64,000 nt of DNA from Bacteroidota bacterium (GCA_020162035.1 JAIUNM010000002.1:126533-190532); one strand, 5' to 3'; shown: positions 50,302-61,205, numbered from the stretch's first letter. Notes: generated from the letters alone by a model not told the origin. Program-made: numbers and translations.

Positions 50302-53085
50302 ATGGATTTTACAAGTGTAAAATATAATTCAACAACAGGAACACAATTACAGGTTCAAAGACAAGCGAATACAGGGAATGCAAAGGATGTTGTGACAGCT
50401 CAAACTAAAGATGCTTTTGGTAATATTTACATAACAGGCAGCACAAGCAGTAATGGAATTGATTTTGATATCCAAACCATTAAATATGATCAAAACATGA
50501 ATTTAATTTGGGTGAAAACATTGGATGGTTATGGCAAAAGTGATCAAGGGAATGATATTGTTGTTGACCCATCTGGAAATGTATATGTTACAGGTTATTT
50601 AACAAGAACCAATCTTACAAAAGAATTGCTCTTATTGAAATATGATAATTTGGGTAATGTTATCTATCAAACGAAAAAACAACCATTATTTAATAACAGT
50701 GATGCCGAAGGAATCAAATTGCAATATAAAAGCGCAAATGAAATTTTTGTTGGGGGGAATTTCACGAAAAATAATAATAAGGATATTGCGGTCTTACGTT
50801 TCGATAATAATGGAAAGCAAACTTTGGAAACTGTTTATAATGGCATTAGCAATTTAAAAGACGAACTATTAGATTTACTAGTTGACAATAATTTTTTTAT
50901 TGTAAGTGGGAAAACATTTAATGGAACTATAGATCAAAATATAACAATTAAATATGAATACAAAGATTTTAATCAAACCCCTGTCTTTATTAGTCCAACT
51001 GAAGAAGTTTCACAAAATGAATTAATTATTAGGTTTAATGTGAACGACTTAAATCTTCCAAAAATTAATGATAAAGGTTTTAAGTTTGGGATTCTAAGTG
51101 ATTTTTTGAGTACCACAGTTTGCAATAGAATGGACTCAGTCTTGAATAAAGATTGTGTTTTTAGATCAGCAGACCTTGAGACAAGAAAGATTTTTTATAA
51201 TGCAACAACTAATGATACAGTCTCCATTTCTAGAATGGGCAATCCGGTTAAGTTACCACCAGTATTTAGTAGTTTATTAATTCGTTTTCCTGAGTGTGTA
51301 AAGTTAAACACTATTATTAGTGAACTTAATGGAATTAGTAACCATATTGTCAGCTCAAATTACAATAGAGTTTACCGATTAGCCTCAAACGATCCTGAAT
51401 TTCCTTTACAACATAGCTTAAAACAGTTTCCTTTATATCCAAATTCAAGCACAAATGTAGATTCAGCCTGGGCATTTACAACAGGGGAGAATTTCATTAA
51501 AGTTGGTGTTTTCGACTCCGGAATAGAGTTTAATCATTCAGATTATTCTGGTGCTAACACTGGCGGGTTCGATTATTTCAATAATTCAAGTTTATCAAAT
51601 CAAGACGATGGAAATCACGGGACTGCAGTTTCAGGGGTAATAGGCGCCGTAAGAAATAATGGCATAGGGATGGCTGGTATAGCAGGAGGAGATGCTTCTA
51701 TAGGTAAACAAGGAGTAACTATGCATGATTGCAAAGTATGTTCTTTTGGTTCATGTTACACTAATCATATTATTAATGGAATTTATACCGAAGTCACTAG
51801 TCCAAGCGTTGGCGGAAATGGCCTAAATGTTTTAAATTTTAGCATCGGTACTGGTGGGGCTCAAAATCCATTTAATTTATATTGGCCGGAAACCGAACAA
51901 TTGAATTTAGCTAACAAACATGGAGTAGCAATGGCTGCTGCTAAAGGTAATTTTAATGCAGTAACTATTATTTTCCCAGCAGACATTAGTGACGAAATAG
52001 TTATGGCAGTTGGTTCATCAGGAACAGATGGGAATTATTGTGTTCTTGGCACTAATTGTTCAAATCTTTCTTCTCGTGGTTCTAATATTGATTTTATTGC
52101 ACCCGGAACGGATTCTCTTGTAAAAACTCTTAATCCTGCCAACAGTTATTCTCGAAGAAGTGGCACTTCTGTTGCTGCACCTCATGCTGCTGGAGCTGCT
52201 GCATTGATGATGGGATACATAAATACTACAAGCCCTTCTTGGGACAATATTGCTGGAGAAGATTGTGAGTATATTTTACAACGAACAGCAACTGATATAA
52301 CCACTGGTACTTATTCTGAAACCGTAGGCTACGACGAAGCAACTGGATGGGGAAGAATTAATATTGGAAGAGCATTAGCTAAAATAAAGAAAGGTTTTTA
52401 CACTATAAAACATATAGACTTAACGCATTTTGCAACAGGAGTTAAAACATCTACTCCAATTGCAGTTAATGTGGTGCGAAATTGGCCTCAATTACAAGGG
52501 GTGCCTCAAGGGACGCATAACACAATTGTTTATGAACAAACCACTACATTAAACTTTTCTTTATCACCTACTCAAAGTTTGATAGCAGTTTGGCCACATA
52601 CTAAGGAGTGTGTTGGAAACAGGGACTCAAGTACAATAAGGGTAGATCGTCCTTATTATTGCGAAGTTGTATCTTTCAGCCAAAGTCAAGTTGTTTTAAG
52701 AACTTATTTCCATTATTCTACATTACATAATAAATTTTACCCTGCAGATAATACTGGGGTAAATGCAGCTGCTTCTCTTTATATTTTTGATCCTACTGGT
52801 GTTATGAGTGTTAAGGAACTAGATAATACAATTTTCGAACTTCAATCTTTTCCAAATCCTACAGGTGATATTCTTTACGTTGACTTTTTTTGTAATAAGT
52901 CCGCAAAGGTTCAATTAATCTTGCGAGATATAATTGGTAAGACTCTTATGGTGGAGAATAGAAATATTGTTCCTGGTAATTACCAACATAAAATGGATAT
53001 TCAAAATTTACCTTCTGGAGTTTATTTTTTGAGTATTGTTGATGATGAGGTAAGTCGAAAAACTATTAAAGTAATAAAAAAATAA
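50302..53085 (+). CDS. C-terminal fragment of the split protease gene (SBBP repeats, S8 domain, CTD); no signal peptide
   Basis: DAFGNIYITG and DPSGNVYVTG repeats, S8 triad, type A CTD. Confidence 0.7.
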   Translation: MDFTSVKYNSTTGTQLQVQRQANTGNAKDVVTAQTKDAFGNIYITGSTSSNGIDFDIQTIKYDQNMNLIWVKTLDGYGKSDQGNDIVVDPSGNVYVTGYLTRTNLTKELLLLKYDNLGNVIYQTKKQPLFNNSDAEGIKLQYKSANEIFVGGNFTKNNNKDIAVLRFDNNGKQTLETVYNGISNLKDELLDLLVDNNFFIVSGKTFNGTIDQNITIKYEYKDFNQTPVFISPTEEVSQNELIIRFNVNDLNLPKINDKGFKFGILSDFLSTTVCNRMDSVLNKDCVFRSADLETRKIFYNATTNDTVSISRMGNPVKLPPVFSSLLIRFPECVKLNTIISELNGISNHIVSSNYNRVYRLASNDPEFPLQHSLKQFPLYPNSSTNVDSAWAFTTGENFIKVGVFDSGIEFNHSDYSGANTGGFDYFNNSSLSNQDDGNHGTAVSGVIGAVRNNGIGMAGIAGGDASIGKQGVTMHDCKVCSFGSCYTNHIINGIYTEVTSPSVGGNGLNVLNFSIGTGGAQNPFNLYWPETEQLNLANKHGVAMAAAKGNFNAVTIIFPADISDEIVMAVGSSGTDGNYCVLGTNCSNLSSRGSNIDFIAPGTDSLVKTLNPANSYSRRSGTSVAAPHAAGAAALMMGYINTTSPSWDNIAGEDCEYILQRTATDITTGTYSETVGYDEATGWGRINIGRALAKIKKGFYTIKHIDLTHFATGVKTSTPIAVNVVRNWPQLQGVPQGTHNTIVYEQTTTLNFSLSPTQSLIAVWPHTKECVGNRDSSTIRVDRPYYCEVVSFSQSQVVLRTYFHYSTLHNKFYPADNTGVNAAASLYIFDPTGVMSVKELDNTIFELQSFPNPTGDILYVDFFCNKSAKVQLILRDIIGKTLMVENRNIVPGNYQHKMDIQNLPSGVYFLSIVDDEVSRKTIKVIKK

Positions 53086-53088
53086 TTT

Positions 53089-53766
53089 ATGATTTTGTTT
53101 TCGAGGTTTTTGATTTTTTTTATTTTGGTTTTCATGTTAAATTTTGATTTAATAGCTCAAACATTCGTTAGTGTTCAAAATCCAACAGTATTGCCAAACC
53201 AACCAAGTACAAGCAGTAATATTAAAATTGCAACTAGAGTTACTACTCCAAGCATTGGTTGGAAGGTATCAAGCAATTATAATATTCTTAGTTCGATTTC
53301 TACTATAGAATTAAAAGGTTCATACTGCGATGGATTATTACCAGGCGGAATTCCAATCAATGACACCTTGAGTATTGGAAATTTAGCTGTAGGGGTTTGG
53401 ACAGTTAACTTCAGAGCCTATTATGGTAGTCAGTTTTTAACTAATTGCGGCATAACGGATAGTGTTTTAAAAACCGTTACATTTACTATTAGCTTAACAA
53501 ATTCAATTAAGGATGATACAACGCCTACAGGATTTAGTATTTATCCAACTTTAGTTATAAATGATTTAAAAATAGATGTTATTGATGCTAATGCTAAATT
53601 GCCAATTGAGGTTGTAGTTATAAATTGTATTGGTCAAATTGTTGAAAGTTATTCATTACCGAATAAAACAAACTCATTAAATCTTAATCATTTAAAGCAA
53701 GGAATATATTTCGTGAAGTTGAAATCAGGACCTTCATCAAGCATTAAAAAAATAATCAAGAATTAA
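53089..53766 (+). CDS. Small T9SS cargo protein (uncharacterised Ig-like domain + type A CTD)
   Basis: Signal peptide ending AQ; IYPTLV..LKQGIYFVKL..KKIIK. Starts 3 bp after the protease stop. Confidence 0.85.
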   Translation: MILFSRFLIFFILVFMLNFDLIAQTFVSVQNPTVLPNQPSTSSNIKIATRVTTPSIGWKVSSNYNILSSISTIELKGSYCDGLLPGGIPINDTLSIGNLAVGVWTVNFRAYYGSQFLTNCGITDSVLKTVTFTISLTNSIKDDTTPTGFSIYPTLVINDLKIDVIDANAKLPIEVVVINCIGQIVESYSLPNKTNSLNLNHLKQGIYFVKLKSGPSSSIKKIIKN

Positions 53767-54274
53767 TTCGATTTTTTTTATACAAAGGCACTGTACTGCA
53801 AGGCTCGCCATACATAATGCTTTTAACGTGTGGTTGTAACAATGCTGTTAATTGTACATAAGCATTTTTAGGTAAATCTACATCGCCACAACCTTTAATA
53901 ACTATGCGCGCATCTTTAAATTCGTTAACTTCTATACCAGCCAACTTATCTGCAAATAAAAGTGTTTCTAATGTTTGTAAATCACCAAATATAATTTTAC
54001 AGGCAAAAGGTTGCAGGGCAATGGTTAACAGCATATATGCCCAAGTAGGAACTATTGCATCTGCGGTACAAGTAAGTGCAACAAATTTATTTTTATAACT
54101 GCTCCAGTCTGTATTTTTAATATATTCTCTAAAATCTTTTTCTTTTAAAATTAACTCATTAAATAATAAAGGTTTTATATCAAAAAGAACTCTTTCTCCT
54201 TTGGTATAAAATTCTTCTAAATCAATAGTTACAATGCCACTATTACTTACTTTATTTACAATTTCTTCTTGCAT
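53756..54274 (-). CDS. DUF2480-like protein
   Basis: EIVNKVSNSGIVTIDLE, LKEKDFRE, DAIVPTWAYML, VIKGCG, SIMYGEPCSTVPLYK. Confidence 0.88.
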   Translation of the reverse strand: MQEEIVNKVSNSGIVTIDLEEFYTKGERVLFDIKPLLFNELILKEKDFREYIKNTDWSSYKNKFVALTCTADAIVPTWAYMLLTIALQPFACKIIFGDLQTLETLLFADKLAGIEVNEFKDARIVIKGCGDVDLPKNAYVQLTALLQPHVKSIMYGEPCSTVPLYKKNRINS

Positions 54275-54277
54275 TTT

Positions 54278-54607
54278 TCACATAAATCCAAGTTCAAGTT
54301 GAGCTACCTCGCTCATCATTTCTTTTGTCCAACTGGGTTCAAAAGTTAAAACTAATTCGGTTGAACTTATACCTTGTAATAATTTACATTTACCTTCAAC
54401 TTCTGCGGGTAATGTTTCTGCCGCAGGACAGTTAGGTGAGGTTAATGTCATAACAATTTTTAAATTATTCTCTGCATTTAAATGTAGTTCATAAATCAAA
54501 CCGAGTTCCCATACATCAACTGGTATTTCTGGGTCATAGCAAGTTTTAATTTCATCAATTACCCTTTGCATTAATTCAGTATTTTCAGTTACAATTATTG
54601 CTGCCAT
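54278..54607 (-). CDS. SUF Fe-S cluster assembly protein (DUF59/MIP18, SufT-like)
   Basis: YDPEIPVDVWELGLIY, MTLTSPNCPAAE, TFEPSWTKEMMS. Confidence 0.93.
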   Translation of the reverse strand: MAAIIVTENTELMQRVIDEIKTCYDPEIPVDVWELGLIYELHLNAENNLKIVMTLTSPNCPAAETLPAEVEGKCKLLQGISSTELVLTFEPSWTKEMMSEVAQLELGFM

Positions 54608-54615
54608 TCAATTTA

Positions 54616-54623
54616 CAAAGTTA
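54616..54623 (-). promoter_or_regulatory. Bacteroidota -7 promoter element
   Basis: TAACTTTG on the minus strand just upstream of the DUF59 ATG. Confidence 0.5.
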
Positions 54624-54653
54624 TAATATTTTTTAGAATTAATCTAAATAAAA

Positions 54654-55724
54654 TTATAATCCCCCTTCTTTTAGTCGCTCAGCATTTTCGGCAAATTGTA
54701 ACTTATCAATCATTTCTTGAATGTCGCCATTTACAAAGTTTTCTAAATCGTATAAAGTTTCATTAATTCTATGATCAGTAATTCTATTTTGAGGGTAATT
54801 ATACGTTCTAATTTTTGCGCTTCTATCTCCTGTAGTTACCATAGTTTTACGACGCTTACTTACTTCTTCTAAACGCTTTTGATATTCAATATCGTATAAC
54901 TTACTACGTAACATTTGCATTGCTTTTTCTCTATTACCAAGCTGGTTACGCTCAGTTTGGCACATCACAACCATTCCACTTGGTTTATGTGTTAAAATAA
55001 CTTTACTTTCTACTTTATTTACATTTTGTCCACCTGCTCCACCGCTTCGGGCGGTTTGCATTTCTATATCGCTTTCTTTTAATTCAACATCAAATTCTTC
55101 GGCTTCGGGTAATACAACAACTGTTGCAGCACTTGTATGAACTCGACCTTGGGTTTCTGTAGCAGGCACACGTTGTACACGGTGTACGCCACTTTCAAAT
55201 TTTAAAACGCCATAAGCTCCTGGCGCAATTACGTTAAAAATAATTTCTTTATAACCGCCCATTGTGCCTGGGTTACTATCTACTACTTCAATTTTATAGT
55301 TTTTGTTTTCACAAAAACGGCTATACATTTCAAATAAATTACCTGCAAAAATACTGGCTTCATCGCCACCTGTTCCTGCACGTAGTTCCATTACACAGTT
55401 TTTAGAATCTTCAGGGTCTTTCGGAATTAACATTAATCGAATTTCTTCGGTTAATTTATTTTCTTTTTCTCTGTTTTCCTCCAATTCTATTTTAGCCATT
55501 TCTAAAAAATCTTTATCTTTTTCGTTAGCTAAAACTTCTTTTGCACTTTCTATATTGCTTAATGTTTTTTTATAATCGTTAATTAACTCAACAACTTCGC
55601 CTAATTCTTTGTACTCAATATTTAATTTTTTAAATAACTTCATATCTGAAACTGTCGCAGGATCAGATAATTTTAATTCGACATCTTGGTATCTTCTTTT
55701 TATTTCTTCGAGTTTGTCTAACAT
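54654..55724 (-). CDS. prfA: Peptide chain release factor 1
   Basis: [17 protein letters not shown] (PxT, RF1-type), [23 protein letters not shown]. Confidence 0.97.
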   Translation of the reverse strand: MLDKLEEIKRRYQDVELKLSDPATVSDMKLFKKLNIEYKELGEVVELINDYKKTLSNIESAKEVLANEKDKDFLEMAKIELEENREKENKLTEEIRLMLIPKDPEDSKNCVMELRAGTGGDEASIFAGNLFEMYSRFCENKNYKIEVVDSNPGTMGGYKEIIFNVIAPGAYGVLKFESGVHRVQRVPATETQGRVHTSAATVVVLPEAEEFDVELKESDIEMQTARSGGAGGQNVNKVESKVILTHKPSGMVVMCQTERNQLGNREKAMQMLRSKLYDIEYQKRLEEVSKRRKTMVTTGDRSAKIRTYNYPQNRITDHRINETLYDLENFVNGDIQEMIDKLQFAENAERLKEGGL

Positions 55725-55789
55725 TTTAACAATTTAAAATAGCCTATAAAGATACAGTATTTTCCTAATTAAGTAATTGAAATTTTTAA

Positions 55790-55797
55790 TACTTTTG
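55790..55797 (+). promoter_or_regulatory. Bacteroidota -7 promoter element
   Basis: TACTTTTG 22 nt upstream of the ATG at 55820. Confidence 0.5.
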
Positions 55798-55819
55798 GTT
55801 ATTAACCTATAGTGTAAAT

Positions 55820-58273
55820 ATGAAAAATATTTTTTTACATTTCTTTTTAATTTTACTAATTTATTCTAAAAGCATAAACGCTCAAGATTATCTTGGTTTA
55901 CAAAGTTCTAATTATGCAGGAGTATCAAGCATATACTCTAATCCGGCAAATATTGCTGATAATAGAATGAAGTTTGATTTAGTACTTGGTGGAATTAACT
56001 TTATTGCCGAAAATAATTATGTTTCGGTTAAACGCTCTGCTTTAAAATACGAAGGAAAACTTACTGACCCCTCAAACATAAAAATGCCTGCATCGTGGGA
56101 TAATTACGATAAAAATTCGCCTGATTATTGGCGAAATAATTTTAGAATCGTAAACTCTAAAGGAGATAAAACTGTTTATTCTAAAACTAGGGTTACTATG
56201 CCTTCGTTTATGGTAAACATTAATAATAAAAACTCCATTGCGTTTACTTGGAGTATAAGAAATTACTTAAATGTTGATGGTATTTCTCAAGATTTAGCAA
56301 CCCTTGCTTTTCAAGAATTTAATTACCCAAGTTTATTTATTCAAAAATTAGAAAATAAACGTTTAAGTATTCAAGAAATGGCTTGGGCAGAATATGGTTT
56401 AACTTATGGAAGAGTGTTAAAACAAGACGGTGCGCATTTTTTAAAAGCAGGAGCAACAGTAAAATTATTGCAAGGTTTAGGTGCAGCCTATTTTTTTGTT
56501 GATAATTTAAAATACGAATTTATAGCAGATACAACCCTTTCATTATTTCAATCACATGTTCAATATGGCCATAGCGATAATGTAGATTTTACAAACCAAA
56601 ACAATATTAAATATCAATTTAAATCTTACCCTGGTGTTGGGTTTGATGTGGGCATGGTTTATGAGTGGAGGCCCGATTTTGAAAAATACAAATACGATAT
56701 GGATGGCGAAAAAGGTTTATGGAGAAATGATCAAAATAAATATAAATTAAAACTAAGTTTAGCAGTTAATGACATTGGAAGTATAAGATATAAATTAGGG
56801 ACGTTAGCTAATAATTTTCAAGCAGATATTGGATATTGGAATGTAAAAGATGTTAAAGTTAACTCTGTTGGAGGATTTGATACATTAATGTTAAATATGT
56901 TTCCTAGCAAAAGAGAGGGTGATGATTTTAGAATGATGTTACCAACTACAATAAATGCAAATGCTGATTACCATATTTGGAAACCATTTTATGTAAACTT
57001 TATGGTTAATGCTGGTAATTTTTATAAAAATAAAGCAACAAAAGTTACTGAATATTCTCTTATTAGTTTAACTCCACGTTTTGATCATAAATGGTTTGGT
57101 GTATCTGTTCCTATTAGCTGGGGCTCTATAGCTTCTGTAAGACACGAAGATTTAATGTTAGGTTCTATGGTTAGATTAGGCCCATTGGTTTTAGGTGTAA
57201 ATAACTTACTTGGTTTAGTTTCTAAAGATATGTATGGTGTTGATTTTTATACCATGCTTAAAGTTCCTATACCTTACGGTAAACCTAAAGACAAAGATAA
57301 AGATGGAATTAGTAACAAAAAAGATTTGTGTGTTGATGTACCAGGAGTTTGGGAATTTATGGGTTGCCCTGATAAAGATGGAGATCATATACAAGATAAA
57401 GATGATAAGTGCCCTGATGTTGCAGGTGTAAAAGAATTACAAGGTTGCCCTGATAAAGATGGAGACGGAGTTACAGATTCTGAAGATGCTTGCGTAGATG
57501 TGCCAGGCTTAAAAGAATTTAAAGGATGTCCTGATAAAGACGGTGATAAAATTATTGATAAAGACGACGAGTGCCCTGATGACGCAGGTTTAGTTGAATT
57601 TATGGGTTGCCCTGATAAAGATGGCGATGGAACACCTGATAAACTAGATGCTTGTCCAGATTTATTTGGTCCAAAAGAATACAAAGGTTGCCCTGATAAA
57701 GATGGAGATACTGTTTTAGATAAAGACGATGCTTGCCCTGATGTTAAAGGCCCAGTTGAAAATAAAGGTTGCCCATATCCTGATACAGATAAAGATGGAG
57801 TGTTTGATAAGGACGATGCTTGCCCAACTACACCAGGTTTAGTTGAGTTAAAAGGTTGCCCACCTCCTCCACCAATGAAAGAAGCTGAAAAGAAAATTTT
57901 AGAAAAAGCTTTTGAAAGTTTAGAATTTGCTACAGGCAAGGATATTATTAAAAAAGTATCATATGCATCATTAAATGATTTAGCTAAATTAATGGTTGAA
58001 CATAAAACAGATTGGAAATTAAAATTAAGTGGACATACAGATAACCAAGGTGATGCTGCAAAAAACATGAAATTATCTGAAAAACGCAGTAAAGCAGTTA
58101 AAGCTTACTTAGTTAAAAAAGGTGTGCCAGTTGATAATATTGCCACAGAGTGGTTTGGCTCAACTGTTCCTATTGCAGATAATAATACAGAAGCAGGAAG
58201 ACAAAAAAACAGAAGGGTTGAAATGAAAGTGAATTTTAGAGAAGGAAGTGAAAAATTAGAAAAGAAATTTTAA
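55820..58273 (+). CDS. Outer membrane protein: DUF5723-like barrel + thrombospondin type 3 repeats + OmpA domain
   Basis: GLQSSNYAG..NPANIAD; seven DxDxDG..D.CP..G..GCP repeats; LEFATGK, GHTD, LSEKRS, NRRVE. Confidence 0.92.
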   Translation: MKNIFLHFFLILLIYSKSINAQDYLGLQSSNYAGVSSIYSNPANIADNRMKFDLVLGGINFIAENNYVSVKRSALKYEGKLTDPSNIKMPASWDNYDKNSPDYWRNNFRIVNSKGDKTVYSKTRVTMPSFMVNINNKNSIAFTWSIRNYLNVDGISQDLATLAFQEFNYPSLFIQKLENKRLSIQEMAWAEYGLTYGRVLKQDGAHFLKAGATVKLLQGLGAAYFFVDNLKYEFIADTTLSLFQSHVQYGHSDNVDFTNQNNIKYQFKSYPGVGFDVGMVYEWRPDFEKYKYDMDGEKGLWRNDQNKYKLKLSLAVNDIGSIRYKLGTLANNFQADIGYWNVKDVKVNSVGGFDTLMLNMFPSKREGDDFRMMLPTTINANADYHIWKPFYVNFMVNAGNFYKNKATKVTEYSLISLTPRFDHKWFGVSVPISWGSIASVRHEDLMLGSMVRLGPLVLGVNNLLGLVSKDMYGVDFYTMLKVPIPYGKPKDKDKDGISNKKDLCVDVPGVWEFMGCPDKDGDHIQDKDDKCPDVAGVKELQGCPDKDGDGVTDSEDACVDVPGLKEFKGCPDKDGDKIIDKDDECPDDAGLVEFMGCPDKDGDGTPDKLDACPDLFGPKEYKGCPDKDGDTVLDKDDACPDVKGPVENKGCPYPDTDKDGVFDKDDACPTTPGLVELKGCPPPPPMKEAEKKILEKAFESLEFATGKDIIKKVSYASLNDLAKLMVEHKTDWKLKLSGHTDNQGDAAKNMKLSEKRSKAVKAYLVKKGVPVDNIATEWFGSTVPIADNNTEAGRQKNRRVEMKVNFREGSEKLEKKF
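57289..57858 (+). repeat. Coding tandem repeat, seven ~81-bp units (TSP3-like Ca-binding repeats)
   Basis: GGxTGxCCTGATAAAGAxGG recurs near 57361, 57442, 57523, 57604 and 57685 with 81-bp spacing. Confidence 0.9.
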
Positions 58274-58289
58274 ACAAACTTTAACTAAT

Positions 58290-58325
58290 AAAAACCGCAG
58301 ATTAATACTCTGCGGTTTTTTGTTT
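58290..58325 (+). terminator. Intrinsic terminator
   Basis: AAAAACCGCAGA / TCTGCGGTTTTT stem with a 7-nt loop, then a T-rich tract. Confidence 0.88.
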
Positions 58326-58357
58326 TTACTACTTTTATTTAATTCAAAAAAAATAAT

Positions 58358-59566
58358 TTGAAAAGAAAACAAATATTATTTTATTTTTTTCCAACGTTAC
58401 TCGCTTTTTGTTTGCCTTTTGGCGGCTATGCTCTATCTTATATTATAATTGGTTGGTTGGCTTTATCTTTTTTTAATTTAAAAAAAGAAAAATTAATTTC
58501 CGGAATTAAAAAACCACAATTTATACTTAGTTTGTTTTTTTTTATTTACACACTAATATCTGCTATAGCTTTTGATGGAGTTGAAAAATGGAATAGCATT
58601 GAAATAAAATTAAGCTTTGCTATAATGCCTTATTTATTTTTTTGTTTTGAATATCCATTTATAATTATTCAACGCATTATTGTTGGTTTTGTATCTGGGA
58701 GTTTTTTTGCTTGTATTATACTTTTATGTAGAGGGATTTATTTTGCAGTTAATGGTCAAACAAACTATTTAACCTACTCCGATTTTTCTTATTTTATGCA
58801 TACAGCCTATTTTTCGTTGTATTTATGCTTAGCGTTATTAATTATAAATTTATATTACCCAATTTGGTTCAAGTCTGCTCGTTCACTTCTTAATTTTTCA
58901 AAAATAATGGGAGTACTTTTTACAGTTTGCATTCTTTTATGTGCATCAAAAATTGGCATTTTATGTTTAATATTAGTATATGGTTTTATTGGTTTTACAA
59001 AATTTAAAGGCAAATTAACTTTAACTAAAGGTTTAATAATTTTTGCATCATTGGTAGTTTTGTTATTAGCCACACTAAAATTTGTACCTGCAGTTTATGC
59101 AAGGTTTGATAATTTAATCCATTTAAATATTAATCAACTCAACAAACAGTCAAGCGAAAGTTCAGAAGTAAGAGTATTAATTTGGGAACAATGTTTAGAT
59201 ATAATTAAAACTAATTTTTTTATAGGCGTTGGTGTAGGAAATGCAAATGATACTTTATATCATTATTATGCAAAATATGGATTAACAGGTGCGTTAGACC
59301 ATAAATTAAATGCGCATAATCAGTTTTTTCAAACAGGAATTGGTTTAGGCATATTAGGGGTATTACCTTTGTTAGTGCTTTTAATGTTTGGTTTATATAA
59401 AACTATTAAAACTAATTTTATTTTATTTGTTTTAAGTTTACTTATAATTTTAAATTTTTTAACCGAAAGCATGCTTCAATCAGCGGCTGGTGTACTTTTT
59501 TTCTGTTTCTTCACTAATTTATTTTTTAATTTTAATTCGAAAACATTAAGTGAAAATAAGGAATAA
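58358..59566 (+). CDS. O-antigen ligase family protein
   Basis: Many TM segments; HTAYFSLY, SKIG, RVLIWE, GVGVG, NAHNQFFQ..GILG, ESML. Confidence 0.9.
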   Translation: MKRKQILFYFFPTLLAFCLPFGGYALSYIIIGWLALSFFNLKKEKLISGIKKPQFILSLFFFIYTLISAIAFDGVEKWNSIEIKLSFAIMPYLFFCFEYPFIIIQRIIVGFVSGSFFACIILLCRGIYFAVNGQTNYLTYSDFSYFMHTAYFSLYLCLALLIINLYYPIWFKSARSLLNFSKIMGVLFTVCILLCASKIGILCLILVYGFIGFTKFKGKLTLTKGLIIFASLVVLLLATLKFVPAVYARFDNLIHLNINQLNKQSSESSEVRVLIWEQCLDIIKTNFFIGVGVGNANDTLYHYYAKYGLTGALDHKLNAHNQFFQTGIGLGILGVLPLLVLLMFGLYKTIKTNFILFVLSLLIILNFLTESMLQSAAGVLFFCFFTNLFFNFNSKTLSENKE

Positions 59567-61205
59567 AATAGTTTTATTATTTTTAATAATAGTTTCAATT
59601 AATAAAGGTCAAAATTTTTCGTGGCCTTTAGATAGCCCAATTATAATTACTGGGAATTATGGTGAGTTAAGACCAAATCATTTTCATGCAGGGATAGATT
59701 TTTCAACTGGTGGTAAAATAAATAAACCCATTTACGCAACTGCATCTGGTTATGTATCTAGAATTAAAGTTAGTGCTACTGGATATGGCAAAAGTATATA
59801 CATTACACATCCAAATGGGATAGTTAGTGTGTATGCTCATTTAAACTCATATAATAAATTAATTGCAGAACTTGTTTTAAAAAAACAATACGAATTAAAA
59901 AGTTTTGAAATTGATTTTAACTTAAATCCAAACACAATAAATATAACTAATAAAGAAATGATTGGCTTTTCTGGCAACACAGGAAATTCAACAGGGCCGC
60001 ACCTCCATTTTGAATTACGTAACGAAAAAACTGAAGTACCTGCAAATGTTTTAAATTATTTTAAAATAAACGATACTGTTAAACCTAAATTAAATGCAAT
60101 TGCAATATATAATTTAGCAGATACAACAATGCCTCATGTTTTAGCAACATTAAAAATTAAAACTGATAAAAATAATTTATTACGATTATACAAAGACACC
60201 ATTAGTTTAAAATATAATATTTTAGGTTTAGGTTTTAGTGGCTTTGATTTAATGCGAGATAAAGGAAGTATTAATAACATATTTGCTGCATCTGTAACAC
60301 TTGACAATAAATTAATTTATAATCATGAATTAAACAATATTTCATTTGCAGATCAAAGGTATGTTAATGAGTTTAGCGAAGTAATTGAAAAACAAAAATA
60401 CCAACGTTGTTTTATACCTACCTTATTTCCTAAAGAAATGTATTCTACCTATTTTAGAAAAGGAAGAATTATACTAACCGATACACTTGTTCATGAAATA
60501 ACCTTAACAGTTAGTGATGAAGCATATAATCAATCGGTTTTAAAATTTTGGATAAAAGCTAAAAAGCTGGCGCCTTATTTGCCCCCTACAATTAAAAGTA
60601 ACGATTTTGTAGATTGTACAAAAGATTTTTTAATCTTAAAAAATAAACTACAAATATTTATACCAGCAAACACATTATATAAAAGCACAAATTTAATTTT
60701 TGAAAATACAATTGAAAGAAGTGGGAAATTAATAATTTTACCAAGCGAAGCTAATTTAAAATCAACAAGTATTGTAGGATTTGAAGTTCCTAAAAAATAC
60801 CTATCTGTTAAAAATAAATTAATTTTAAACAGTGGGGTTAATACTTTTATTCCTATAAATGTAAACGATTCTATATTTTATTCAGTTAAAAATTTTGGTT
60901 GGTTTCAATTAAATGTTGATACGATTAAACCTAAAATAAAACTACTTTATAGAGTTACTAAAACAAAAACACAAAAAAATATTAATTCAATTGATTTTAA
61001 AATTACAGACGATGAAAGTGGTATAGGGAAATACAATTTGTATATTAATGATAAATGGGCTTTGGCCGAATATGACGCAAAAAATGATTTACTTAATTAC
61101 ACAATTGATGGTGAAACCCCAACAGGCAATGTTAAATTTAAATTAGAAATTGAAGATAAAGTTAAAAATGTAAATACATTAAACTTTGAACTAGATTTAA
61201 AATAA
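59550..61205 (+). CDS. M23-family metallopeptidase
   Basis: GNYGELRPNHFHAGIDF, YAHL, SGNTGNSTGPHLHFELR. Confidence 0.93.
   Translation: MKIRNKIVLLFLIIVSINKGQNFSWPLDSPIIITGNYGELRPNHFHAGIDFSTGGKINKPIYATASGYVSRIKVSATGYGKSIYITHPNGIVSVYAHLNSYNKLIAELVLKKQYELKSFEIDFNLNPNTINITNKEMIGFSGNTGNSTGPHLHFELRNEKTEVPANVLNYFKINDTVKPKLNAIAIYNLADTTMPHVLATLKIKTDKNNLLRLYKDTISLKYNILGLGFSGFDLMRDKGSINNIFAASVTLDNKLIYNHELNNISFADQRYVNEFSEVIEKQKYQRCFIPTLFPKEMYSTYFRKGRIILTDTLVHEITLTVSDEAYNQSVLKFWIKAKKLAPYLPPTIKSNDFVDCTKDFLILKNKLQIFIPANTLYKSTNLIFENTIERSGKLIILPSEANLKSTSIVGFEVPKKYLSVKNKLILNSGVNTFIPINVNDSIFYSVKNFGWFQLNVDTIKPKIKLLYRVTKTKTQKNINSIDFKITDDESGIGKYNLYINDKWALAEYDAKNDLLNYTIDGETPTGNVKFKLEIEDKVKNVNTLNFELDLK

Larger units (their letters stand above)
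49611..53085 (+). pseudogene. SBBP beta-propeller + S8 peptidase + T9SS CTD protein split by a 4-bp duplication
   Basis: TTCT is duplicated at 50186-50193. Removing one copy gives LWASRYNFSNGIDIPTGICLDNSGNVVVSG and joins both ORFs into 1156 aa. Triad VFDSG / HGTAV / GTSVAAPH; CTD FPNPT..LPSGVYFL. Confidence 0.88.

Noticed and set aside
54654-55724. Release factor as prfB with a programmed frameshift
   Set aside because: It has the PAT (RF1) recognition motif rather than SPF, and the reading frame is uninterrupted.
57289-57858. Regularly spaced DNA repeats as a CRISPR array
   Set aside because: The 81-bp period is in frame, the units are degenerate at third codon positions and encode TSP3-like repeats, and there are no cas genes.
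57385-58068. 227-aa antisense ORF as an overlapping gene
   Set aside because: Explained by the codon bias of the Asp/Gly/Cys/Pro repeats on the sense strand.
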